Of a stretch of 64,000 bases of DNA, positions 26,636-39,278 are shown one piece after another; position 1 is the stretch's first letter; the number at the start of each line of letters is the position of its first letter. Both the position numbers and the translations under genes were made by a program. The DNA is taken from contig OZ249436.1 in the NCBI GenBank assembly GCA_965235115.1, positions 31,250,001 to 31,314,000 of the forward strand, read 5' to 3'. This DNA comes from Laetmonice hystrix (lineage: Eukaryota). Under the pieces are notes generated by a model. That model made no database searches. It saw nothing but the letters and a program-made list of their open reading frames with translations, and was not told the origin of the DNA.

Positions 26636-28724
26636 CCCCCCCCCCCCCAACACACACCCACGCACCACGAAATTGATGGTAGGGGTTAGGGTTACATGCA
26701 AGGCTAGGTATATTTTTTCGGGAGGAGATCCGGGGCAAGGGAAAGGGTTAGGTTGGGGCTAGTGTTTTAGTTGTTTCCACCGAATTTCGTCTCCTTACAT
26801 TAGTTGTTCGGTTCAGATAATGAGTAAAATCGTGCTGCCAATATTGTTCTCTATACCATTCATTACTCATATGTTGTCGATGTTGTGCAAATTGTCAGAT
26901 AAAATATGCGATGAGCCAAAGACCTCTCATTTATTATGCATTAACCCGGATATAAGTGTGGCAATATCTAGTCATTTTCTGACATGTGGACACACGTATT
27001 AATGATAATGACAAATTTGTATGCTATCCTATTGAACGACGTTATAACTCTTCCTACAACAAAACTGTTTAATATGCAGGCAGAACTCGGACACATGATT
27101 GTTGTTGAATGGGTGACACATATTTATTTGACCATTAAAACACATATTTATTTAACCATTAAAACACATATTTATTTAACCATTAAAACAAAAGGATATA
27201 AATATTCAGAAAGTGAGCCAACGTTCCACTGACTGACAGTGATATAGGCCTACAAGGTAAGATTGAAATGTGTCCCCACCCAGGGTGAGCCCCCACTGCA
27301 CAGCATCCGGGTTAAGAAGAGAAAGTAAAAATTAAATATGAGTCAAAAAGAAGAAGACTGAAGACGTAATGGCGACAATTAGACGCATGTGGGAATATGA
27401 CCTTGACCCCCAACTGTACATGACGTCACATGCTCCCCTGGCGGAGGCGGAGGAAATTTAGGTTATCCGGAGAAGTAGCGCCCCTTACGAGTTACATTAG
27501 AATTACCAAGTTCTCCTGCATAAAACTCGTCGAGCCTGAGAGATGCAAGTACAGAGGCACGCCTCTGCTCAACATTATATACTTGATTCATGCCAACCTG
27601 CCATGATTGGCCACTGAGTTATATATTCACTGCATTTGTCGCGGTCTGCCCCTGATTCTGTAGGACTGCTTGAAGCAGTTAGGGGAGGGAAAATACAGCG
27701 GAGTAACTTGGATGCATTATTGTAGAGGCCGCAGGCGCTTGGAGCCGAAAAGCTTTGTTTTAATCTGGTGTGCAATATCGCGGAAGAGAACATGATCACT
27801 GCGGGCTATGCGAGCACGCCTATCAAATTTCACCTCAGGAACGCTTCTGTCGTCTGCGGCGTGACTGGGTCAATGGCTGAAAAGGCCAAACTCACCAACG
27901 CCCACGCAAAACGCTGGGCGCATGCTCATGAGGGAGATCCAATACATTTCCAATGCTTCCAGGCTATCGATGTCGGCACTCCTCGAACATCAATGCAAAG
28001 ATTCATCTCACGTCCATATACCGGCCTCCCCACCCCACTCTATCAAACAGGTGCCAGGGGATAAATAGACCTACACGCACACCCCACGCACAGGCACCCC
28101 TATACTCACACACATACAGGTGGGAAAGAATATGTGTCTGATAGAATGAAGGGGCGTCGGAGGTGTCTCATACACTCTAAAAATGACTGGGTCGTTTTCG
28201 TAACCTAATTGCTGGGTCATCACTGCTGGGTTATGAGTTTGGGTTGAAGTTACCCAGTAGTGGTTACGGCCACGACCCAACCACTGGGTAAAATTATTGG
28301 GTAAACGCGTACTTAGTTAATTTAACCCTTGTGGGGTTATGATATCATATAACCCAGTGAATTGATCTGTGCACTGGGTTATTTTGACCCTAATGTTAGG
28401 TTATCCGCACAACTTTCTACACTTCGCGTCCAAATAGTCTAAGCGTAGATCTAGGCCTAGATCTAGGCCTATTCATGAGTAGGATAGGCCTACACTAGGC
28501 CTACAGTGTCACTTAGTCTTAGGTTGCATGGGCAAAAAGCCAGGCAAGGCCTTGGGCAGTAGGCCCTAGGCCTAGGCCTAGCCTGAAACTTAAAGCTAAT
28601 TAGGCAATAGTCTGGGGTCCTTCCCCGATAACATTGCAAAAACCGAAGTTGGTCCCGAGCAGGGGGGGGGGGTCCGGACCCCCCCCCCCCCCCCTCTCAG
28701 ATGGATCCGCGCCCTTACGGCTTA

Positions 28725-29783
28725 AGCTAGGCATCCATAGGTCCGTATATGCGTATGCGTAGTGCGTATGCGTCATGTTGAAATCCACGCAGGTGTGTCC
28801 GTAGTGCGTATTTCTAGCATCCATAGATGCGTAAAAAAATAGTGGTACGTACGCGTATATATAATTTTTTTTTATACAAAATTATCAAAATTTCAGTTTC
28901 CAGGGAAAAAAGGTACTTAGGCCTAGTATAGGCCTATAGATCTAGGCCTATATGGATCTGTTGAAAGTAGTACGAAAATGAAAACTTTGTTGAGAGGGGT
29001 GTGAGGCTGACTAGGCCTACCCCTAGCATGCGGCCCATAGATGTGACGGGGGGGGGGGGGCGGCAGGGCTAATATTAGTAGCCTAGGCCTATTATAGGCC
29101 TAATAACTCTTGGCCGCGGCTCTACGATGCAGAGGCGTAGGAAGCACTTTAAAAGTGGGGGCCAACAAGGCCATGCGCAGAATTTTTCGAGGGGGGATTA
29201 GAGTTTGGCGGGGGGGGGGGGGACTGGCCGAGCGCCGAAGGCGCGAAGCCATGCTAGGGGAGTCCGGGGGCATGCCCCCCGAAAAATTTTGAAATTTATA
29301 ATGTAATTTGGTGCATCTTAGAGCACAAAATAAGGTCTGAAATGTGAGAAAATACCCTCCTTCTGCATAGACTCCCATAGACTTCCAATGGCAAAAGTCA
29401 AGGGGAGGGAAAAGGTGGGGGGGGGGGGCATTTCAAATTGGGGGCCATGGCCCCCCTGCCCCCCTTTTCCTACGCCCCTGCGATGTGAAGTAGGCCTAGG
29501 CCTAGATAGGCCCTATTCGGACTCCTCCCTGAGCCCACAATCTGTCATTCATTCCGGGAAAACACCACGTTTCTTACGTCATATAATATGGAATTCCCCC
29601 TGCGTATGCGTAAAAAAAAGGGTCAGGAGGCAATCGCTTGCGTAGTGCGTAAAACCTTACGCTTCACGCATACGCACTACGTATCTATGGATGCATGTCA
29701 ATTGAAATCCATTGTGACCTTTTAATTACGCATTACGCTTACGCATTACGCATACGCATATACGGATCTATGGATGCCTAGCT
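28725..29783. mobile_element. PIF/Harbinger MITE nested in the EnSpm element
   Basis: About 38-bp TIR AGCTAGGCATCCATAG(G/A)TCCGTATATGCGTATGCGTA, TSD TTA on both sides. Confidence 0.9.
29130..29480. mobile_element. CAG-terminal MITE (hAT5-like) nested in the Harbinger MITE
   Basis: TIRs CAGAGGCGTAGGAA / TTCCTACGCCCCTG, perfect 5-bp TSD CGATG. Confidence 0.85.
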
Positions 29784-29939
29784 TTACGTGAGCAGCCTGC
29801 AGGTCTTCTCGTACGTAAGCCTATCTAACTACGCGGTAGTTTAATTTGTGTAGCCTAAACCATGAAAATAAAATAACCTATCGTTTTGTTAGGCCGACCA
29901 TTTACTGGGTATGTATTTAACCCAGCATCCTTGGTCAAT

Positions 29940-30000
29940 TCTATCCAATCGTAGACACCGTAACAGTGACGTCACCTATAGCCAAAATAAGCCAATGACA
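29940..30000 (+). promoter_or_regulatory. Putative promoter of the EnSpm genes
   Basis: Two CCAAT boxes and a GTGACGTCAC (CRE) site 50-100 bp upstream of the ATG at 30047. Confidence 0.35.
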
Positions 30001-30046
30001 TATCATGTTAAAAAACCGGTTGAAACTCGCGATCTTTTGGGGAAAG

Positions 30047-31118
30047 ATGGATCCAATAGAGGCGTGGCTCGCCAATGGCAATCTCTCGGCAATAGGCTAT
30101 CACAAAGAATGAAAGGTAAGTATATTAAGAACTAGTAAGAACATTCTGTACTAGAGGTCCGTTCATTACATTCCTATGTATAAAAGAGTGTAGAAGTAAG
30201 ATGGAAGTGGATTGATGTGTGCGATGAGGCCAAAGCCATGCCAGTTTGCATGGCGATTGTCGGTTATGGCGGTAGGATAGAAAGAGGCAGGACTAAATAC
30301 TGACTTATTTGTGCGTTTTGGGCCTAAATTATTACCTTTTTATAGTAATACAAACATGTACATGACTATGTCTTGCCAGCAACTAAAAATACAGTAGCCG
30401 CTGCCTAGGCCTAGCATAAATTGAGTGATGACTGCATGACTGATCACGAAGACCATGCAGGCTTAGCCGCCGACGGTTTCGGCACCCGGCCTTTCTCGCA
30501 CCCCTACCGTGCGTGACGTCACAATGCCCGTCCCGCATTTCCTGGTCTTGATAGGCCTATAGCTAGTACCGTAGTACCAGCAAACAGTAACGTTAGAATC
30601 CTTATGTGTTATGAAACTTCAGCCGTGCTAGTTTAACCTAAAGCAGGCCAGTCTTTCTTGTAAATCTGGTAATATTTTCGTTGAATTATTATAATTAGAT
30701 CTAGTGTAAGTAGGTCATTTCTATGAAGTGCCCCTTGTGAATCTAGAAAAGCTAGAATCTAGAAAGCTGCCTTCTTTTGAACAGTACAACAGACAATGCC
30801 AGGCAAATGTATAAAATTAGAAAAGCATTTAATCTTATTATCCTGTCCTTAATTGATTCAAATTTTTTGGTAGATCCACTTCAGAAAGCAGTGATCATTG
30901 ATTTATATTATATATGAAATTAAAAAAAAAGAATAAATTAAAAATAAAATAGGGGTAATCGGTGCTCTTTTTAAAATTGACGACACAATTTACTTTTTTC
31001 AGATCAAGGAATTGAAAATGTGCAGACACTTCGCCAATTAACGGAAGAAGAGTTGAAGGAACTTGTCCCCAAAATAGGAGAGAGGGTGCACCTTAAGGCA
31101 GAGCTGAAAAAGTTGAGG
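30047..31118 (+). pseudogene. Transposon-borne SAM-domain gene (SAMD3-like accessory gene); exon 1 30047-30115 with a 1-nt frameshift, exon 2 31003-31118
   Basis: Exon 1 MDPIEAWL/RQWQSLGNRLSQRMK ends at G|gtaagt. Acceptor tacttttttcag. Exon 2 DQGIENVQTLRQLTEEELKELVPKIGERVHLKAELKKLR ends at gtatgt. Phases are compatible and the joined peptide fits the SAM pattern (WL...I...L..LT.EELKEL...IG.R..L). Confidence 0.7.
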
Positions 31119-31143
31119 GTATGTTTCCTCCACAGCCTTTAAA

Positions 31144-31940
31144 ATGTTTGTGTGCTTCAAGTGCCATGGGTCATGTACCTCTAGTCAAGAACTGGTTAGG
31201 CATTTAAGGCAAATTCATGGACTGGGACCAAACTACCCATACTTCATGTGCTATCAAAATGGATGCTACAGGACATTCCGCTTTTCATCCTCATTTAAGA
31301 GACATCTTGACAAAGGACATGGTCCTTCAGGCACTAATAACATTCAGCCAGAAGTATCTCTGCCTGCAGTTCATGTTGAGGAGCCAGTCGACAGCAATGC
31401 TGAAGTTGAACATGATAACTCTCATTCTGAAAGTCAAGAAGACGATGAACAAGTTAAGACTGAAAGTTATCAGGCGTGCTGTCACAGAGGAGAGTTCGAT
31501 TTGCAAGCATCTGCTGCTGCACTGCTTTCAAGAATGGGAGCTTCTAACTCTGTGACACTTTCAACAATAGGAAATGTAGTTGATGGTGTGACTTTAGTTA
31601 TGGGGGAAGTTGTGCAAGATCTAAAGGTCAGAGTAACAGAAACAATGCAGAAGTCTGGTGTTAATTTGGATGATGACATGGTTCAGGAGTTGTTAAAAAA
31701 GATGGACGAATATTCCAAACCATTCCATGGGTTAGAGACACCTAGCCAGCAGACAAAGTATTTCATGATATCAGGCGCATATATAAGACCAACAACTGTG
31801 CCTAGAAATGGGGTTTTTGTTTCAATATTTTCATATTATACACCGTCAAGGATGGGAGTGGAAAATTTTCAGGGAATTTGAGGTGTCTTGACTTTCATCC
31901 CTGGACATGTATTCAGGGTTACTTTAAATGTTAATCTTTA
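31144..31940 (+). pseudogene. EnSpm-type transposase remnant: N-terminal C2H2 zinc fingers and decayed C-terminus, catalytic core deleted
   Basis: ORF 31144-31881 opens with CxxC...HLRQIH and CxxxxC..TF...SSFKRHL..H, followed by an acidic linker and a helical region. After about 31810 frameshifted pieces read FH/LYTVKD...LDFHP/LDMY, which resemble the C-terminus of animal EnSpm transposases as I recall it. It lies inside the CACT TIRs. Confidence 0.75.
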
Positions 31941-32198
31941 TCAGGTTTTGTTTTTTATAGAAATTCATAGAAATCAGACATGGTCACCAGGGATATCCTG
32001 GAGGTAAATCCGCATGGAATGACCCATATACTGCTATATGAGAATCTTAAAACCTTTTTCTCTTGAGCAGTATTCAATGGCCCGTTTCACAATGTTTCGT
32101 TACTTTTTATACTGTTTTTTTGATGGAGGGTTTAACCAAACCACAATGAAACGACGATTTTGAAGTGGTCCCAAGGTTTGCTTTTATCCAGCTACTTG

Positions 32199-32435
32199 GA
32201 ATCATTGTATCCTGGAACAGCTGATGTAATTCTGTGTGAATCATTGTATCCTGGAACAGCTGATGTAATTCTGTGTGAATCATTGTATCCTGGAACAGCT
32301 GATGTAATTCTGTGTGAATCATTGTATCCTGGAACAACTGATGTAATTCTGTGTGAATCATTGTATCCTGGAACAGCTGATGTAATTCTGTGTGAATCAT
32401 TGTATCCTGGAACAGCTGATATAATTCTGTGTGAA
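32199..32435. repeat. 39-bp minisatellite, 6 copies, inside the EnSpm element
   Basis: gaatcattgtatcctggaacagctgatgtaattctgtgt. Confidence 0.95.
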
Positions 32436-33178
32436 GATTAAAATGTTCTTAAGTATTTCAGATGATGTTTATTTTTTTAGTTTATTCCTGCTTCAGGTGA
32501 TAAGAGACTGGATGACCCAGTAAATCTGGTGGTTTCAACCTAATACTGGGTTTATAATGGAGTAAAACTGCAACCTTCTCTTGGGTAGTATTTTACCCAA
32601 TTTTGGGTTGACCAGGTTTAACCCAAAATAAAGTTAGCTGAATATTGACCCATTATTGGTTCAATTATGGTTAACCCAGTAAATGTGGGTTATTTTTTTA
32701 CCCATCTTTTGGTTATTCTGTATAACCCAAGTATGGGTTGTTCTAATCCTGACCCAAGACCTGGGTTACGAGAAAACGACCCTAAGAACTGGGTTGTTAT
32801 GGTCGTAACCCAGTCCTTGGTTGTTACACAATGACCCAGTACCTCGTGGTAAAATCAACTAAATCCTGGGTAGGCTGAATATTGACCCAGCATAGTGTTA
32901 TGTTTTTGGGTTAATTTCAACCCAGTCATTTTTAGAGTGTAGCGATTGGTTTAAATTGATTGCTGGGCAACTGACTGAATCTCTTTCCCCAGGTGTTGCC
33001 ATCTTTGAGGAATGGTATACGTTCCTTTGAGTGGTGACACACCGTTATTACAGGCTCAGTAGTGCAGCAGGGTCTACCGGTGATAACGGATTATTTCGAT
33101 GATAGGCCTACACATTAACCCACATTATACAGGTCCTATAGGCGAAGTGACCCTATATTCGACGACTCAACTTTGCAA

Positions 33179-35283
33179 GGTTGGGCAATGCGTGTGTGAC
33201 GTCGCAGTCGGGGTTGGGCAATGCATGTGTGACGCCGCATGCAGCCGGGGTTGGGCAATGCATGTGTGACGCCGCAGCCGGGGTTGGGCAATGCGTGTGT
33301 GACGCCGCAGTCGGGGTTGGGCAATGCGTGTGTGACGCCGCCGTCGGAGTTGGGCAATGCGTGTGTGACGCCGCAGTCGGGGTTGGGCAATGCGTGTGTG
33401 ACGCCGCAGTCGGGGTTGGGCAATGCGTGTGTGACGCCGCAGTCGGGGTTGGGCAATGCGTGTGTGACGCCGCATGCAGTCGGGGTTGGGCAATGCGTGT
33501 GTGACGCCGCAGCCGGGGTTGGGCAATGCATGTGTGACGCCGCAGCCGGGGTTGGGCAATGCGTGTGTGACGCCGCAGTCGGGGTTGGGCAATGCGTGTG
33601 TGACGCCGCCGTCGGAGTTGGGCAATGCGTGTGTGACGCCGCAGCCGGGGTTGGGCAATGCGTGTGTGACGCCGCAGTCGGGGTTGGGCAATGCGTGTGT
33701 GACACCGCAGTCGGGGTTGGGCAATGCGTGTGTGACGCCGCATGCAGTAGGGGTTGGGCAATGCGTGTGTGACGCCGCAGTCGGGGTTGGGCAATGCGTG
33801 TGTGACGCCGCAGTCGGGGTTGGGCAATGCATGTGTGACGCCGCATGCAGTAGGGCCCAAACACACTAGGCGTGCGCGTGCACGCACACGCACCGCCACG
33901 CACGCGCGTGCACGCGCACGCCAATAATTCCCAATGTAATTCCAATATGACCAAACACACTAGGCGTGCGCGTCACCTAGCGTCGCGTCGCCTAGCGTCG
34001 CGTCGCGTCCAAACAATCCCCAAGCAATTGTTTGCACGCCACGCAACGCTTCACCACCATTCCTTGTCCAATCAGATTGCAGCATTTTGACCTACATTTT
34101 TTAGTAGGCCTAATTGACCTCTATCAGCTTGTCTGTGTCATCTTTTCAACATGTCATAGTTAGAAGAGTTAGTAGGCCTAAATGGAACCATCTCTACTAT
34201 TCTTTTCTATACTATTCTATTCTATTCACGTCACTCAGGTTGTGATGGAAACGTGCGACAAGCGTGCGGTAACACGCTTTCCGCCAGTACAGTGTGTTTG
34301 GTCCCACGCGCGTGCACGCGCGTGCATACACGCGCGTGCACGCGACTCTCGGCGACGCGCACGCCCAGTGTGTTTGGGCCCGTAGGGGTTGGGCAATGCG
34401 TGTGTGACGCCGCAGTCGGGGCTGGGCAATGCGTGTGTGACGTCGCAGTCGGGGTTGGGCAATGCGTGTGTGACGCCGCAGTCGGGGTTGGGCAATGCGT
34501 GTGTGACGCCGCAGTCGGGGTTGGGCAATGCGTGTGTGACGCCGCAGTCGAGGTTGGGCAATGCGTGTGTGACGCCGCAGTCGGGGTTGGGCAATGCGTG
34601 TGTCACGCCGCAGTCGGGGTTGGGCAATGCATGTGTGACGCCGCATGCAGTCGGGGTTGGGCAATGCGTGTGTGACGCCGCAGCCGGGGTTGGGCAATGC
34701 ATGTGTGACGCCGCAGCCGGGGTTGGGCAATGCGTGTGTGACGCCGCAGTCGGGGTTGGGCAATGCGTGTGTGACGCCGCAGTCGGGGTTGGGCAATGCG
34801 TATGTGACGCCGCAGTCGGGGTTGGGCAATGCGTGTGTGACGCCGCAGTCGGGGTTGGGCAATGCGTGTGTGACGCCGCAGCCGGGGTTGGGCAATGCGT
34901 GTGTGACGCCGCAGCCGGGGTTGGGCAATGCGTGTGTGACGCCGCAGTCGGGGTTGGGCAATGCGTGTGTGACGCCGCAGTCGGGGTTGGGCAATGCGTG
35001 TGTGACGCCGCAGTCGGGGTTGGGCAATGCGTGTGTGACGCCGCAGTCGGGGTTGGGCAATGCGTGTGTGACGCCGCAGTCGGGGTTGGGCAATGCGTGT
35101 GTGACGCCGCAGTCGGGGTTGGGCAATGCATGTGTGACGCCGCAGTCGGGGTTGGGCAATGCGTGTGTGACGCCGCAGTCGGGGTTGGGCAATGCGTGTG
35201 TGACGCCGCAGTCGAGGTTGGGCAATGCGTGTGTGACGCCGCAGTCGGTGTTGGGCGATGCGTCTGTAACGCCGCAGTCGGAG
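33179..35283. repeat. 33-bp GC-rich minisatellite (about 47 copies), interrupted by a MITE
   Basis: Unit ggggttgggcaatgcgtgtgtgacgccgcagtc with +CATG and point variants. Confidence 0.97.
33853..34381. mobile_element. PIF/Harbinger MITE inside the 33-bp array
   Basis: TIR GGGCCCAAACACACT(A/G)GGCGTGCGCGT, 3-bp TSD GTA; an empty-site variant catgcagtaggggttggg is present at about 33741. Confidence 0.9.
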
Positions 35284-38200
35284 GGTCTCCATTTTTTTAG
35301 TCTGACTGTACTCTGATGAGTATTACTGTCGTACAATGGTGGGATAAGAAAACTTAATGATTTGGGGCAGCCATTGTGAACTCTGTTTGAACTCGGGCGA
35401 TGGACAACCTGTATTTTACTATGAGAAACAAGTACATTTAATGTGGTCCATACAATCTATGAGAAAATTATAAGGGGCGCTACTGCGTTGAGTAATTAGA
35501 CGTGCGTCTATCGTGCTGAAATATTAATATCCTTGAAACAGGGTGGGTACTGGTTAGGGAAGTAAACATCTTAATGTAACCAGGCTACATAAGGATATAG
35601 GCTGGCTACATCCTTATGTATAGCCTGATACGGGAGTGGCCAATTCGTCTATCGTTTAACTCTATCCCGTCATAGGACGTATGTACTTAGGCCTACACAT
35701 ATGAGCTGGACTTCTAGAGGGTCACCGTCATATATTTTGTTTTTCTGTTGTTCTATATAATTGTCAAATTGTCAAATTTGGTTTTACCTGCACCACCAGC
35801 CTGCCATTGTTACGGTCGATCTCCGGATGAAGTTCTTCATCTCGCTGTGTACAGATCAGGTGAAATAAATATTATATCGGTCATCGTTAGTATACCCTAA
35901 TATTGGTCAAATTGAGCTGCAGATTTCTTGATAAAACCGACTCCAACAGGGTTTGAAGTTGTCGAAGGGGTTGTTACCTAAAAGGACCATTCCACCACAA
36001 AGCGGCGTGGCGTGGGGACGTAGACCGGTGACGTTAGCAAACAAAATACCATTTTAACTGGAATGAGCCGTCAGCGTTTGTCCGCGCGCAGCCATTGGAA
36101 ACATTACGTGCCCATTGAGAACATGTGCCAAGGTCGACACATTCCGCTACACGAATTACACAATGGGTACCTCCGATTATTACAAAATGGGTAATTTTTC
36201 TATTACAAAATGGGCACATAATTACAAAATGGGTCGTTATTACAAAATGGGCCTTAACACATGCCCTTCTATCTCGTGACGGCATCGTCTTATTTGGCGT
36301 GTGTGCGGGAGGGTGGGGGAGGGGGTATTACTGGAGGTGGGGAAGGAGGGAGAGCTAAGTGAAATGATATCGTTTCCATGGCAGCTTCTAATCATCCCTC
36401 CCACACCTCCTTCCGCTATAAGCTATCACTGTTACAAACATTACGTCGTATATTGGCAGCGGACATGAAAGGTTCCTGGACTGACACCTCTGTGCGACTC
36501 ACTGATACAAGAGATCGACAACGAATAGGATGGATTCTTTAGATCTACACAGAACGGTTGCGAGGGCTTCTATTCTGCAAGATCGTCCCCTTTTATGGGT
36601 GCAGTTGTTAGGGTACTGTTTTATTTAATAGAGTTAACAGAACGGAGAGGGTGAGCGAGTAATGTGGGTTAGGATGCGGGGGAGGGGGAGGGGGTGGATA
36701 GGTTCTATGGACATATTAGATAATTACCATAAAAATGGACCTATCAAAGCCGGCTCTTTGCTTCCCTGTTCCTATTGTTGTCGGGACCAGTAGAATTAGC
36801 TTCGTATAATCGTGTAATTGAGTGTTCGTGTTGTATGGCATTCATGTGTTCGCTACTCTTGTAATGAATATAAGTACACTTCCGATAGCCCCGTAGGCTG
36901 CAGCATGACCTAATTAATGCCCCCAAACAAGCGCATTTACCAGTATTCCAGAGATATTTCAGTTTATTTGGCCCAATTTTACGCTTTTGTGGGAAATTAG
37001 ACATTTTTCCACTCGGCAGATTGCATGTCAGCTGTTTTTGTTTTGTTCTTACAGTTCATGGCCCTTAACAAAATTCTAAAATTAGTTATCATTTTGATGG
37101 TATGGAATGCCATTTTAATTATGTTCTATGGTTAGGATTACCAACGACATAATATACCATTTTATGGTTGAAAGTTTACTTAAATTGAAATGCCTACCGT
37201 GGATCCATACATCCATATACATTTGTATGATATCCAACGCTTACATTTCTGTTGGAATACTTTATAGACGATGCTATCATTCACTTCTGTTTATTCAGAA
37301 GTCAAATACACAATTTCCCCATCGGTTTTGAAGGAAGTTTTTTTTGTTAAAAATACATGTTCAAGATATCATATTTTTGAGTAGCTTAGAATAAAATTGA
37401 AATTGGATTTCTTTTTATAATTGTGTAACCCTTACGCTTCATCACTATATTTTATAGCCATCGTGTAACGCGCCCGTAAAAGTTGTTAAAAACAATTATT
37501 GCTAGAGAATTCATTCAACTATATAATAAAAAGAAATACGTTTTTGTTGCGATCATTCATATATTGCGGTCGGACTTTGAAGTCCTAAGTCCTCTCTCAC
37601 TTTGATGCAAGAATTCAGCATACATATTGAGCAAGAGGAAACATTTTTTGAATCTCTAAATAATCTTTATCGTCATCCCTTGTTTATTAGGTTTTTTTGC
37701 GCCTCCCCCGCATACGTGAATTTATTTATACTATCGCTCTAATAAACTCAGCTCTATGCGTTGGTGGTTCTCCGCCAACGTCATAATATTGAGTCCCATG
37801 CTCACGCCCAACGCCAAAATTGGTCTGTTGTCAGAATTAATCTTACATTTCCCGAAGCGAATTTAAAATCATTTTCGCAGTGACAAAGAAAAAGTCGACA
37901 GTTAAAAATGTAACTGCACATTGGAAGTTGGTAAAAATGAAAGGTTGTCACGATGCACAGGCGTAGAATGAAATGTTGAATAGTTGTCGCCCGCGGCAGT
38001 CAAGTGGACACGTTTAGGGGTACTCATATAGTTTGTGTCTAAAGGCTATTGTTTTGAAACACCTTGTACGTACTGCGGAACTACACGGTTTCGATTATGC
38101 CGCGAAGCTCAAATTTAATTAAATAACACAGAATAACTCCCCTTTGATAAACGCAGTTGTGCAGCTTCTTTTCGGCACTAACATGAACGACAGTTTATTT

Positions 38201-38949
38201 TGGCAACGTTCCCGGTAAAGTGGATTGTGTTCTATTTCGGTAAACCACGTCTTGGCGGTGCCACAGAGCGCCAAGCCCTGCCGTGTCATCACGTCTAAAC
38301 CTTCTGCTACTATTTCAACGCAGGGTTCCAAAAATAGCCACGGATGAGGCAAGTTTTAAGGCCGATTACGGTCGTGACTGATGAATTCCTTTACGTTAAG
38401 GGCACAAGGGGGAAGTTGTTCTGGGGCATCTGCTTCGGTTATGGTATCACAGATGAGTACGTCGCTGCTCACATCAGCCATCAATACAGAAACAGGCACT
38501 GCTGGCTTCCACAGCATTATGACCGAGCTTGGCATTGGACCAGGGCATTACGTATAGCAGCCGGTGCATCTTTATCGGGACGTGAACACAATCATGATAT
38601 CCGATAACAGAATTATCCATTTTAGCCCAGATTCCAACACAGGGCCCCTATTTTATATACATTACTTAGGAATAAAAAGAAAAGAAACGAAAGCCCCGAG
38701 CCTTCACCGACACATTGGGATCCTTGTGAATTATGATTCTTCTCTTTAGATGTTCATCAAAATAAGTTCGTCAAAATGTAGTTAACCTTTTGTACTAAAG
38801 AATAAACAACACTTGTGGATGAAACAAAGCAGGTATCTTAATCCTGCTAAATGAAACAAAGGAAACAGCTATAGGTCATAGCATATCACGATTTGAAAAC
38901 TCCTAATAAACCAGAGCGGGGCCAGGACATGTTATGGCGTTACAATAAT

Positions 38950-39278
38950 CACTGGGGGATCCAGGGGGCCAAGGGGCCCGAGCCCCCCCTTAAATTTTCC
39001 TTTTCCCCGCTTTTTTGTACAAAGATGCATTATTCGGACCCTGAAACCAGTATTCCAACAAAATTCTGTAAAAAAAAAAAAGCCTCCTATATTGTACGTG
39101 ATAGCAACATCGGGCCCAATAGTCATCCAGGAGCAACATAACTTTGGGTCATGCAGCATTGAAATAGACCAAAAGGGGCCCAAAATGGCCATGATTACAA
39201 TAAAATCATGCAGAGCGTAGCGAGGCTAAAAAACTTTTTAGGTGGGCCCCCCTTATCAAAATCCTACATCCCCCACTG
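38950..39278. mobile_element. CA-terminal MITE with a 6-bp TSD (hAT6-like)
   Basis: CACTGGGGGAT ... ATCCCCCACTG flanked by AATAAT on both sides. Confidence 0.65.

Larger units (their letters stand above)
28173..32939 (+). mobile_element. EnSpm/CACTA (CMC superfamily) DNA transposon, internally deleted
   Basis: Perfect 20-bp TIR CACTCTAAAAATGACTGGGT, 2-bp TA TSD, dense AACCCA/TGGGTT subterminal repeats (about 28190-28405 and 32510-32925), internal SAM-domain exons and a zinc-finger transposase ORF. Confidence 0.9.

Noticed and set aside
31144..31881. Host C2H2 zinc-finger transcription factor
   Set aside because: It lies within CACT TIRs, lacks TGEKP linkers and ends in decayed transposase-like sequence
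33136..35336. Many overlapping Cys/Gly-rich ORFs
   Set aside because: The GC-rich 33-bp satellite lacks stop codons in most frames, and +4-nt variants shift the frame freely
35581..35627. Hairpin CAGGCTACATAAGGAT...ATCCTTATGTATAGCCTG as a pre-miRNA
   Set aside because: Too short, matches no miRNA I recognise, and is more likely a collapsed MITE remnant
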